The translations under genes were made by a program, and so were the position numbers. From Yuukianura sp. NJ FZ-2021 (lineage: Eukaryota), in assembly GCA_046563655.1 (NCBI GenBank), contig CM102285.1, positions 434,001-498,000 on the forward strand: a DNA stretch of 64,000 nucleotides. The letters are read 5' to 3'. The first letter of the stretch is position 1. Each line of letters opens with the position of its first letter. Shown piece after piece: positions 25,401-36,231 of this stretch. The notes beneath the pieces were generated by a model. That model saw nothing but the letters and a program-made list of their open reading frames with translations, ran no database searches and was not told the DNA's origin.

Positions 25401-27243
25401 TTTGATTTTTTTTGGAAGTTTGAAATTCGTATTTTGTAGACTCTGTACAACACTTCCATTTTTGACAACATTCGATCCTTTAACAAAGATGTTACAATGC
25501 ACGATGTCATTCAAGCGGCCAAGATGGCTCTTGTACATGACGAAATCACACTCCGTCCAGGCGTAAGACAACTATTTTGTATAAAACTTATAAATTATAA
25601 GTTATAATGTATGTACAATCAGTTATTTTATACTGTAATACTACAAATATTTACTTAATTAGTCGTTTTATATTATAATACAATGTAGTTCAATGAATTA
25701 CAATGTAATTCTTAGGGGTACATGGCAAGGGGGGTGTTGCCTGGTGAGAAGCTGTTCCCGAAACAACTTAGGTAAAGTCAATTTAGGTGGTCGGGGAGGT
25801 GGTAGGTGGTCTGAAAAGTGGTAGGTGCATGGTTGGGAAATTGAATTTTAGCCTGGAAACTGATATCAGTTTTAAATTCAATCAATGTAAATTTTGACGT
25901 TGTGTTAATTTGTTTCAGAATCAAAATTTTTATTGCGAAATTCATAATTTCAAATCCCAAAATCCTGATTCTGCATGAAGTAATGTCCACACTGCCTACC
26001 TACATTACCGAACAAATTTTGGAAAATTTAGCACTACACAGACGTACTCGTTCCACAATCGTTCTGGACAACAGAGTTGCTGTTCTGCGCAAAACCGACA
26101 AAATTTTTGTACTGAAAGTAAGAAAATAATCAAATGTATTAAATGTAATAAAATATTTAAATATAATATATAATATACAAAATATTAATGAAATGTTGGT
26201 TTTACATAGAAAGGAGAAGTAGTAGAGGAAGGTAGTGATGGAGAACCAGTCTTGTACTGTCTTCCGTCTTCCAGTCTTCACGTCTTCCGAAGAGAAACAG
26301 CTGATTTGTCTTCCAGTCTTCCGTCTTCCGTCTTCCAGAGAATATTTTGTCTTCCGGTCTTCCGTCTTCCGTCTTCCAGAGGATATTTTGTCTTCCGGTC
26401 TTCCATCTTCCGTCTTCCAGACGATGTTTTGTCTTCCGGTCTTCCGGCTTCCGTCTTCCAGAGAATATTTTGTCTTCCGGTCTTCCGGCTTCCGTCTTCC
26501 AGTTTTTGTCTTCCGGTCTTCCGGCTTCCGTCTTCCAGAGAACTTTTTGTCTTCCGGTCTTCCGTCTTCCGTCTTCCAGAGAATTTTCCGTCTTCCAGTC
26601 TTCCAGAGGGTGTTTTGTCATATAGTCTTCCGACTTCCATAGGCTGTTTTGTCTTCCACTCTTCCGTCTTCCAGAGAATATTTTGTCTTCCGGTCTTCCA
26701 TCTTCCGTCTTCCAGAGGATATTTTGTCTTCCGGTCTTCCATCTTCCGTCTTCCAGAGGATATTTTGTCTTCCGGTCTTCCATCTTCCGTCTTCCACAGA
26801 ACTTTTCGTCTTCCGGTCTTCCGGCTTCCGTCTTCCAGAGAAATTTTCGTCTTCCAGTCTTGCGGCTTCCGTCTTCCAGAGAATTTTTCGTCTTCCAATC
26901 TTCCGGCTTCCGTCTTCCAGAGAATTTTTCGTCTTCCAGTCTTCCGTCTTCAAATCTTCCGGAAGTCGGAAGAATGAAGCCGGAAGACGTCTTCCATGGA
27001 AGAATCTTCCGGAAGACAGTACATCACTGTGGAGAACTTGAGCAAAAGAAGGGCGAGTACTACCGAATGTTGGTCAAAGAAGGCTTGGTTCGAGAAGGGC
27101 CGGCGATTCCCGCTTTTTATTCAATCGCTTGTCCGATATTCGATCCGATACCGGACGAACCACCTCCCGGTACTCCTGCGCAGGAAGTTCCATCTATTGC
27201 GCATCTTCTAAGTGTAGTGCCCAAGGAATCAAAAGTAATAAAA

Positions 27244-27287
<44 letters not shown>

Positions 27288-30200
27288 TAATAATAATAAT
27301 ATTAATAATAAAATTAATAACAATAATTCCAAGAAACTCCTGTCCTTTGCTCTGTTCGGATGTCTGTTCAGTGGATTAGTCATACCTGCTCTGGCGTTGT
27401 TCCTCGGACAAATTCTTGACGTATGATAAAAAAAAACCTGAAATTTTGTAATTTCGAATTTTTTCAAAATTTGAAATTTTGAAAAGTAGGTTTAACTACA
27501 ACTGTCTCTTTATATCTAGCTGTTTGTTGGAGCCAAGGAGAAGCTGATATCGTCCGGTATTTTCTGGGTGGAAGTTCTTGCCGGACTTTCGGTATTTGCC
27601 GGACTGGCGTACTGTATCAGAACGGTATTTATCGGAATGTTTTCCGAAAAACTCGGTTCGAGTTTGCGCGTTGCCACGTATGAATCTATTGTGCGCCAAC
27701 CAATCAGCTGGTTCGACTGCAACGACAACTCTCCCGGAGAACTCTATGCCCGAATAGGGTCCGACATACCGATGATTCGGTCGGTAAGTTTGGAAAATTT
27801 TTGAAAATTTCAATTTTTTCAAATTTTAATTTTCTTTTTTTGAAAAGGCCGCGGGTTCAAGGTTGGGCATTGCTATAAGTGCTGTCGTGACGATGCTTGT
27901 AGCACTTGGAGTTGCGGCATTTTTTAGCTGGGAAGTGGCGTTAGTGGCGTCTTTCACAATTCCGATTCTGGTCACGTGCTTTTTCCTGATTCGTTGGATT
28001 TTGAAAAAATCACATTTCAAATTAACCGCTGTACGCAGAAGACTAGTCGACGTAAGATACTTTAATTTCTAACTTCGAAATTTTAGTTTGGAAATTTTTT
28101 TTGAAAAGTTTTGAACTTTGAAATTTATGTTTCACCAGCTGACTAATTGCATAGCTACTGGAATTGAAAATATACATGCTTCTTCTCAAGCCTACACAAT
28201 TTGCCGCCAAACAGAGTTTACTCTGTATCCAGGCCTACAGTAAGTATAAAGTTGTTAAGTTATGTATCATATTAAAATATAATTAATTATATTAATTAAT
28301 TCGTTTAATTAATTATATTTAATTATTTATTTGTTATTACAGTGAAGGTTACCGCAGAGCTGGCTGGTATGCTCTGGTGTATGCAACTTCAGAATGTCTC
28401 GTCTTTTTTACATTTGCAGCAGCATTTAGACTCGGCGCAGAACTCATTCGAAATGGAACTCTCCCAATTTCCCATGTATTTACGTAAGTCATGTGTGCAT
28501 ATTACACATTCTGTAATATTTGTAATATAATACATATTTTACGTAAAATTTGTCATATTTGTAATAGTACCAGAATGCTTCACATTCTTGCTGGGACTTC
28601 GCACCAGACCTATTAGCCGTATAGTTTTTTTCCAAAAAATTTAACAAGAGTTTCTACTTGAGTCTAAATTTTTATTTTTTTAGGATTTTCTTTGTGCTGA
28701 CTTTTGGAAGTTTGACTTTGCCTCAAGTGACTAGTTTCCTGCCAGAGCTTTTTAAAGCTCGGTTGGCTTGTGGTGCCATTTTCAATTTGGTTGACCTCAA
28801 ATCACAAGTTGACCCATACGATGAAGGAGGCAGTAAGCAAGAGGTCAAGGGGAAAATAGAATTTAAAAAAGTCTCTTTCAAGTACGCCTCTGTACCAGAC
28901 GTCAAAGTCCTCGAAATGGTCAATTTCCAAGTTCCAGCAGGAAGTGTAGTGGCAATTGGTAAAAACGAGCAACTAAATTTTTCATAAAAAAAAAAAACTC
29001 AAGTAAAATTTTTGATTTTGAAATTTCATTTCTTTTTAAACTTACACAGTTGGACCACCATCAAGCGGCAAGTCTACGCTTTTCTTTTTACTCCAACGAT
29101 TTTACGAAGTCAGAAAGGGAAAAATTGTAAGGAAACCTTTTGCTTTGAGTTTTACTTTTACTTTCATTTACGGGTTTACGTTTTTACGTCTTTTACGTTT
29201 TTTTACGTTTTACTTTGCAGTTGATAGATGACATTGACATCAAAGACTTCAATTTGAGTCATCTTAGGAAGAATATTGGCTATGTTCCGCAAGAACCTAA
29301 CTTATTTGACGTTTCCATAAGAAAAAACATAGCCTATGGTTGCCATGACGACAGCATCAATGAGACTGACCTGGAAATTCTCATTAACGAAGCTGTGCAA
29401 AGTGCTAACGCAAAATTCATTGCCGAAGAATTACCGGAAGTTAGTCATAGTTTCACTTTTAAAAAAAAATTTTTCCAAAAAAAAATTGAGAATCAAATTT
29501 GAAAATTTCAGCAACTCGGTACAAGGTGTGGTGAAAACGGGAAAAATTTGAATCCTGCACAACGGTATGCCATTGCTGTCGCAAGAGCAATCATCAGGTA
29601 ACCGAAATTCGTCAGCATTTTGAAGAAAGAAAAAATTGATAACCTAACATTTTAGTAAAATATCAAAATTTTAAAAATATTTTTGTTAGCACTAAATTTT
29701 TCTTGGGATTATTTCAGAAAACCGCCAATTTTGTTGCTTGACGACCCCACCCGGACGTTAGATGCAGACCAAGAGCAGGTATTGGAATTAAACAAAAAAT
29801 CTAAATTTTAAGAACTTTGTTCGAAATGCGTTTGTAGTTCTAAAATTTAGGATTTGTAAAATCTATACTAGGCATTGCTTGACACGATGACAAAAGTAGT
29901 CCGAGGGCGCACAACTCTAATAGTTACCAACTCCTATGCTACAATTCGGAGGTGTGACTATGCCTTAGTCATGGAAAAGGGCAAAGTCAATGACTTTGGC
30001 AAAACACGAGATTTGTTAATGTACAAGGAATCTGTACTTTCTAAATTTTTGGAAGAACAGGGAGTCATAATCAACTACCCAGAGCAGCAAAATTATGAAC
30101 AACAATTTGTACCGGCTCCGGAAAATTTTGAACCACAATTTGTACCGGTTCCGCAAAACTCTGGGCAAGAATTTATAGCGATTCCGGAAAATTCAGATCC

Positions 30201-30378
30201 ACAATTTGTGCCGAGTTCGGAAAATCTCGAATCAGAATTTGTACCGATTCCGGAAAACTCTGGACAAGAATTTATACCGATTCCGGAAAACTCAGATGCA
30301 CAATTTGTGCCGAGTTCGGAAAATCTTGAATCAGAATTTATAACGATTCAGAGAAACTCTGGGGCTCAAAATTTCTGA
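22443..30378 (+). CDS. Full-length ABCB/P-glycoprotein-like protein (TMD-NBD-TMD-NBD) with degenerate ATPase motifs; one exon interrupted by a transposon
   Basis: LFQYTSALD, LQRQEMTWF, VRTVTAFSAEKREVERY, FSNVTFAYP, IVRQPISWFD, IGYVPQEPNLFDVSIRKNIAYG; the exons checked join in frame except at the 26247-27029 insertion. Confidence 0.88.
23427..23710. mobile_element. CAAGG-family MITE (MULE-like) in an ABCB intron
   Basis: ~50-bp imperfect TIRs ending TAACAGGTTAGGCAAT; flanks ATATTACAT / ATATCACAT (8 of 9 match). Confidence 0.75.
24705..24774 (-). mobile_element. tRNA-derived repeat copy (intronic)
   Basis: On -: CCTGATAGCTCAAGGGTTAGAGT..GGGTTCGAATCCCACTCGGTTC plus a T-run. Confidence 0.75.
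26247..27029. mobile_element. Non-autonomous hAT-like element filled with (GTCTTCC)n repeats, inserted in an ABCB exon
   Basis: TIRs CAGTCTTGTACTGTCTTCCG / CAGTGATGTACTGTCTTCCG (18 of 20 match); perfect 8-bp TSD TGGAGAAC at 26239-26246 and 27030-27037. Confidence 0.9.
27235..27333 (+). repeat. (AAT)n microsatellite filling a 99-bp ABCB intron
   Basis: GT at 27235, AG at 27332-27333, phase-0 join KESK|KLLSF. Confidence 0.8.
30085..30375 (+). repeat. Coding 33-bp tandem repeats forming the ABCB C-terminal tail
   Basis: 11-aa units such as QFVPAPENFEP and QEFIPIPENSD, with a 99-bp higher-order period. Confidence 0.8.
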
Positions 30379-30537
30379 AATGCCAAGATCGTACGAAATT
30401 AACTAATGATCGTTCAGGTAGCCTTATCAAAGTATTTCTGTGTATAAACGTAATCTATTTTCATATTATTTTTTAAATTATTTTGATTGTTCAATATTTT
30501 TTTGTTCATACTAAAAAAAAACTAACTCGACTTAAGT

Positions 30538-32806
30538 TCAGTTGAAATTTTTGTTGGACGTGAATCGACTGATCATTTCGTAAGCAACTTTGGGTTGATC
30601 GTATATTACAATATGCCCAGCATTTCGTATGACAAGAAACGTCAAATTTTTTGCTCTCTTCACATACCCAACCACGTTTTTGCCCAACCTCCAAATAGTT
30701 TTGTGTGCTTGTGCATAGACTTTGGCCCCACTCCACCGCATTTTGTTCAACATCAACTCTGATGTCACTGTTGATACGGATATGTCAAGGTTACCGCTGT
30801 ACAGCAGCACTTGATACGTTTGACGTCTTGCGTCAAGGATCTGAGTCAACTTGAGCACTGCGTTTGCGTAGTAGTCAGCTAGAAATCGCTGACCCACGGC
30901 GGCCGCTAAGTAGTCATATTTGTGGGATCCCACGTGAAGTGCTTGACGTAGATAACTTTGACGTACGAATTTGACGTAGCGTTGTCCACGCGGCGTTCGG
31001 GCTCTCAGGACGTTGGCGATAGAGCGTACTCCAGTTGCATTTGTAAAGTACGTCCTTCCTCCATCTCTTTCAATCAAATCGATCAGAATCTAAGTAATTC
31101 ATTAGAAAATTACAAGTAATTCATGTAGTTCATGTGTGAATTTGGCAATTACGCATAATAATAGCTAATAATAATAACAAAAAATAGCTGGAGACAAAGT
31201 ACAAGAGTTAAAAAAAACAAAGGACCGAGTGGGATTCGAACCCACATCTCTTCAATCCGGGAAGCACTTTGACCTCTGAGCTATCAGGCTCAAGTCTACT
31301 AATTCGGGAGTGGGTGTGAGACTGTTCCCAAACGTCACACAAACTAGCTGAATTACATGAATTACCGACTACTAAATTAATACTTACTATCGTATGTAAG
31401 TAATTTGCCAAGTATTTCGTAATTATAATTACAGTATAATTACTGTACTTACGGAATCAGCTTTTTCAAAGTTTTTTTCTTTGATGGCTTTTCTAGCTTC
31501 TTCCTCTTTTGTGTAAAAGTGCTTGAGCTCCCTGTCATCTATGAGACCAAAACTGTAGAGTTGTGCGCCGTACCGCAGTTGACTCACGGGATCTATAAAT
31601 CCATTTCCAATTGCCAATCCTTTCAAATTTATCCGAATTTTCGGATTTTTTCGGTTTTCTTTGTGAATTTTGAGTGCAAGTGCCGGAATAAACTTTCCTG
31701 TGAATTGATTTAAGTAATAAACAGATTAGTTATTTAAAACATTAATGTAGCTGGTGAAATAGTCAAAATTGATTTGATCAAAAGATCGAAACGTGAAAAT
31801 GTCAACAGATACAAATATTAGTAGGTTTTTGGCTAGGCTATAGTTGTTTTTCTTTGACCTTTTCACATTTTGATCTTTTTACTTTTTGACCAAATTGCTT
31901 TTGACCATATTACATATAACCGATATTTGACATTATTGCTACCTACCAGCATATGATTCGCCTGCCAGGTAAAAGTCGTTTTTAGCATAAGTGCGGAACA
32001 ATGTAAAAAATTGTGTGAGGGCAACGTAGAGGTCGCTGGCAGCAACTTCGCTTGTGTTGGCATAAGCCGGGTTATCAGCAAAACTAAACCCTACAAAATT
32101 TTTGGAAAATTTGAAAATAAAATTTGGAAATAGAAATGAAATTTTGAAAATTTTTGTTTCACCTGTTCCAACTGGACTATCAAAGTATATGACAGAGTGT
32201 GTGTTGGTCCAAGCGTAGCGGCGCAGGATTACTTTGTTTTTACGAATTTTAAATGGTCCATTTTCGACAAAAACACCATACAAACCTGAACTCCCCGGTC
32301 CACCTAAATAAGTTATGTTATTTTAATATATTTATATATATTTTTATTATTTATATTACTTATTCATATAAAATGTAAATTCTACGCTACTTGTTAGGAT
32401 ACCTTGTACCCATGTCATGAAAGGCGCATTTTCTCGATTGTTCTGAAACAAATTTTATTCAAAATTTCAAAAAATTGGTAACATAAAAAGAATTTTGTGT
32501 TTCGGTGCCAAAATTTTCAAAATTTTTGAAACTTACTACGGCTGGGAAGAACCAAAAGAATAAGTTTGCGTTGTACTTTGGATTGACTGTTAAGTATCCA
32601 CTGTAACTCTCCACTTTAGTAAAATTTTTAACACGGGCCAATCGTATGGCTTCCTCAAATTTCCCGCTTCTGATGTACGGTGTAAGATATAGAGCGTCAC
32701 CATTGGCTTGAGTCGTGGGAAATTTTTTAAATTCAATTTCAGCACTATTTTTAAAAAGTTGGAAAATGAAAAATAAGGAAAGCTTCTTGGAAAGTAGAAA
32801 TTGCAT
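30538..32806 (-). CDS. Serine carboxypeptidase S10, venom SCP/CPVL-like
   Basis: SYSGYLTVN..NLFFWFFPA, QGGPGSS, ENGPF, DSPVGTG, AGESYAG (Ser), GNLD (Asp), AGHIVIYDQP (His). Confidence 0.92.
31222..31291 (-). mobile_element. tRNA-derived repeat copy (intronic)
   Basis: On -: CCTGATAGCTCAGAGG..CTTCCCGGATTGAAG..GGGTTCGAATCCCACTCGGTCC plus a T-run. Confidence 0.75.
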
Positions 32807-33164
32807 AGTTTCTGTCTTTTGTTTTATTAGTAGAGCAAATGAAGCAGACAAAGAAAAAACTTTCTCCTGAATTTTTATCCGACTTATTATAATTTATTAC
32901 ACATTTATTATAATTACTATTATAATTGCAAGATGTGAAAATTCACACCTAGAATTAACACACTAATTCTAATATCCACAGCGTTTACATTTATATGACG
33001 TTAGTGACATTAATTTGTAATGAATTTCAGAAAAATATTTTTTGAAAAATAAAATTTCATTAAAAAAGAGGAAAATTCAAAACTTTTGACTTAAGGTGTG
33101 CGAACACCCTGGAAACGGGGGGTCAAAATGCGGCTGTAACTCATCAAATGGAAAATGGTCTGGA

Positions 33165-33412
33165 TCAGCGTAGGAAGGTCGTACATTGACCAACAATATA
33201 TCAAACTTTAGGAAAAGACTTGATCTAGTACCCTGTCGGAGAAAATTACACAATTTTAGTTCTATCTATGTAAATATGGAGGTGGAATGTTTGAGTCAAT
33301 TTTTTTCACAGTTAGAACTAAAATTGTGTAATTTTCTCCGACAGGGTACTAGATCAAGTCTTTTCCTAAAGTTTGATATATTGTGGGTCATTGTACGACC
33401 TTCCTACGCTGA
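33165..33412. repeat. Inverted repeat with 100-bp arms and a 48-bp loop, probably the core of a DNA transposon
   Basis: 33165-33264 is the near-perfect reverse complement of 33313-33412. Confidence 0.85.
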
Positions 33413-33899
33413 GCCACGCCATTTTTCAATTTCAATGTCACTGTCTCGGAAAAGTTATTTTAAAACCCAGACGACGGCAACCGAACTTGTGTCAGTAGTT
33501 TGTTTGTTTCAAAGTGCATACTTTTTTTGATCATCTTTCCACTGATCCTTTTTCACCACTCACTTAAGGGTGTTTCTTTTTGTCGATGTCTGCATGTTTT
33601 ACTAACTGCACAAGCTCCGTTATCGTGGTTACTAAATTTAACGATTATTGTTTATTAGACGCATAACACACGTCCTTAAACGTTTCAAAAAACTTAAAAA
33701 GTGTGAAAAACTGGAGTTGTGTAGCTATGACAACAGTATTCACGAAAAACTGTTTGTAAGCGAATGAACAAATTAAGTACTTAGAAAAATGCGTGAAGGA
33801 GACAGAGACGTTTGCATTTTCGAAAAATTATTGAAAATTTTGGTTTTTGAAATTTATTAATTTTTTATTTTTATTATTCATTTCTATTAATTTTGGACA

Positions 33900-35439
33900 A
33901 TGGAGAAGAATAGTTTGATGAGTTTGAGCGAAATCAAGCCCAAAAACAGTCAGAACTCGATTGACCCTCTGCTGGGTCAAAAGGTCAATGACCAAGCAGT
34001 CAATAGCCAAAAGATCAACGACCAAAAGGTCAACGACCTCGAGAGTGCCGGGAGTTCTGAAACAAGACAATCTCTGCTCCGAAGATCAGAAGTAGTCAGT
34101 GACGTGTCAAAATTTTTTGGTCCTGTGAATTCCCGCCGAAAAAAAAGTTTGGCATCAAATCCACTTGCAGAGTTGACCGAAAAGTTTCATCACTCGCGAA
34201 ATCTCAGAAAACCGCTGCCACCAATTGAAGCTTACCAAAAAACTCTACAATTTCAGTAATACTAAAAAGTGTTTAAAAAACTCAAAATTTTGAACTTCTT
34301 TTTCAAATTTTAGTCATTTTGTGTTTGTTTTCAGGGTGGATGCACCTGGGCGTGTGATTGTCCGCCTGGAGCGGTTCATGGGCAGTTCCAAGATTCGACC
34401 GAACGACTCCCGGTATATGAAACAATTGCGCGGGAAGTTGGAAGCTGACGAAACGGTAAAGTGGGTTCAGCGCAGATCAGCCCGTAAAAGCAAGGAGTAT
34501 GACCGGTATCGAAAACTGGTCATAGATGGCCGCTGTGACCCGCCCGAGGGCATGGAAGACCTGTCACACCATCCTGTCTTCCGGTAAAATTTGTTGACCT
34601 TTGACCTCTCTCAGCAAATGTAGGTGACCTTTGACCCCTCCGGCATGACCTTTGACCTTTGACCTAGCGCAAATCGAATGATGGACAGACTGGCCAATAT
34701 GGACGTGATTTTAAACCAGGAGTTTCACGTCAAACCGCCACCAATTCGAGCTGTCGAGCCGTTCGAAGAATACGCTCAAACAGGATTTCTATTCGGATCG
34801 CATCCAGGTCCTGGCAATTCAGAAAAAATTTTTAAAAACTAACTTTGATTCTAAAAAAAATCTCTTTCAGGTCACTACTTAAAGGTCAAAGATCAAAGCA
34901 AAAGTGATTTCCATGAGAAAGAGGAGGAGGCTGAGCTAATGTTCCATTCGCCTCAATTTGACGCTGAAGGGAAGGTGCTTCCGCCAGAAAAAGTTCCAAG
35001 TTTGAGAAAAAGTATTTTGAAGCGAGTGGGAATCGATCCCCCAACACGTTCTCCTTCACCCGAAGCAGTAACCAGTGAGCCAGAACAGAAATTAGAGGAG
35101 GAGCCGCCGAGGGAACCGACTAAAGCGGAACGTGTTCGTGCCGATATTGAGGCAGCCAAGAAACGATACGGTATCAATCCAGACGATATTGAAAAAATGT
35201 GGAAGGCTTACGACTCTCCTCTCATTCAAATGATTGACAACACCGAGGTTTGTAAAAACTAAAAATTTTATTTTAAAAAAAAAAGTTTTATAATTTTGAA
35301 TTTTTTTTTATAACAGGCCGACAGTATTGTTGAAGTGTCAAACAACGTTGTGGGTGCAGTTCAACGTGAAGGCCGATTCGCTGAAGTGTTTGTCAACAAA
35401 ACTATTCAACCGCTGCTCTCCTTGTCACATACTATGTAA
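33900..35439 (+). CDS. Hypothetical multi-exon hydrophilic protein
   Basis: Successive GT-AG-flanked open frames (33900, 34336, 34668, 34871, 35317) ending LSHTM*; no recognised domain. Confidence 0.6.
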
Positions 35440-35571
35440 ATTCAAATTCAACATTTTTTCCCGCCAAAATTTAATTAATAAAAACTAACTTCGTAACTTC
35501 TTTTTCTAAAAGTTAAAAATTTTATTGTTCTTTATTTTCCCTTATTTTTCATACTCCTCCTTATTGTTATT

Positions 35572-36095
35572 ATTATTTAGAAAGAGTGATTTTCCTACTA
35601 AACTTTTAGCTTTTTGGAATTTGGAATTATGTTATTTAAAAAGAGTGATTTTCCTACTAAACTTTTAACTTTTTGGAATTTGGAATTATGTTATTTAAAA
35701 ACAGTGATTTTCCTACTAAACTTTTAACTTTTTGGAATTTGTAATTATGTTATTTAAAAACAGTGATTTTCCTACTAAACTTTTAACTTTTTGGAATTTG
35801 GAATTATGTTATTTAAAAAGAATGATTTTCCTACTAAACTTTTAACTTTTTGGAATTTGGAATTATGTTATTTAAAAAGAATGATTTTCCTACTAAACTT
35901 TTAACTTTTTGGAATTTGGAATTATGTTATTTAAAAAGAGTGATTTTCCTACTAAACTTTTAACTTTTTGGAATTTGGAATTATGTTATTTAAAAAGAGT
36001 GATTTTCCTACTAAACTTTTAGCTTTTTGGAATTTGGAATTATGTTATTTAGAAAGAGTGATTTTCCTACTAAACTTTTAACTTTTTGGAATTTG
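35572..36095. repeat. 59-bp minisatellite, about 9 copies
   Basis: Unit GTGATTTTCCTACTAAACTTTTAACTTTTTGGAATTTGGAATTATGTTATTTAAAAAGA. Confidence 0.95.
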
Positions 36096-36231
36096 TTCCT
36101 ACTTTTTATCTACCTTTTTAAGTTAGTATTAGTTCCATGCTAAGGTAGTAGTATTACGAACCTTATTGCCAAAATAAAATTTCAAAATTTGCATCCACTT
36201 TACTAATTTTTTTGTGAAAACTTTTTTTAAT

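Noticed and set aside
26202-27041. Many long overlapping ORFs on both strands
   Set aside because: Artefacts of the stop-poor (GTCTTCC)n interior of the hAT-like element; no transposase motifs
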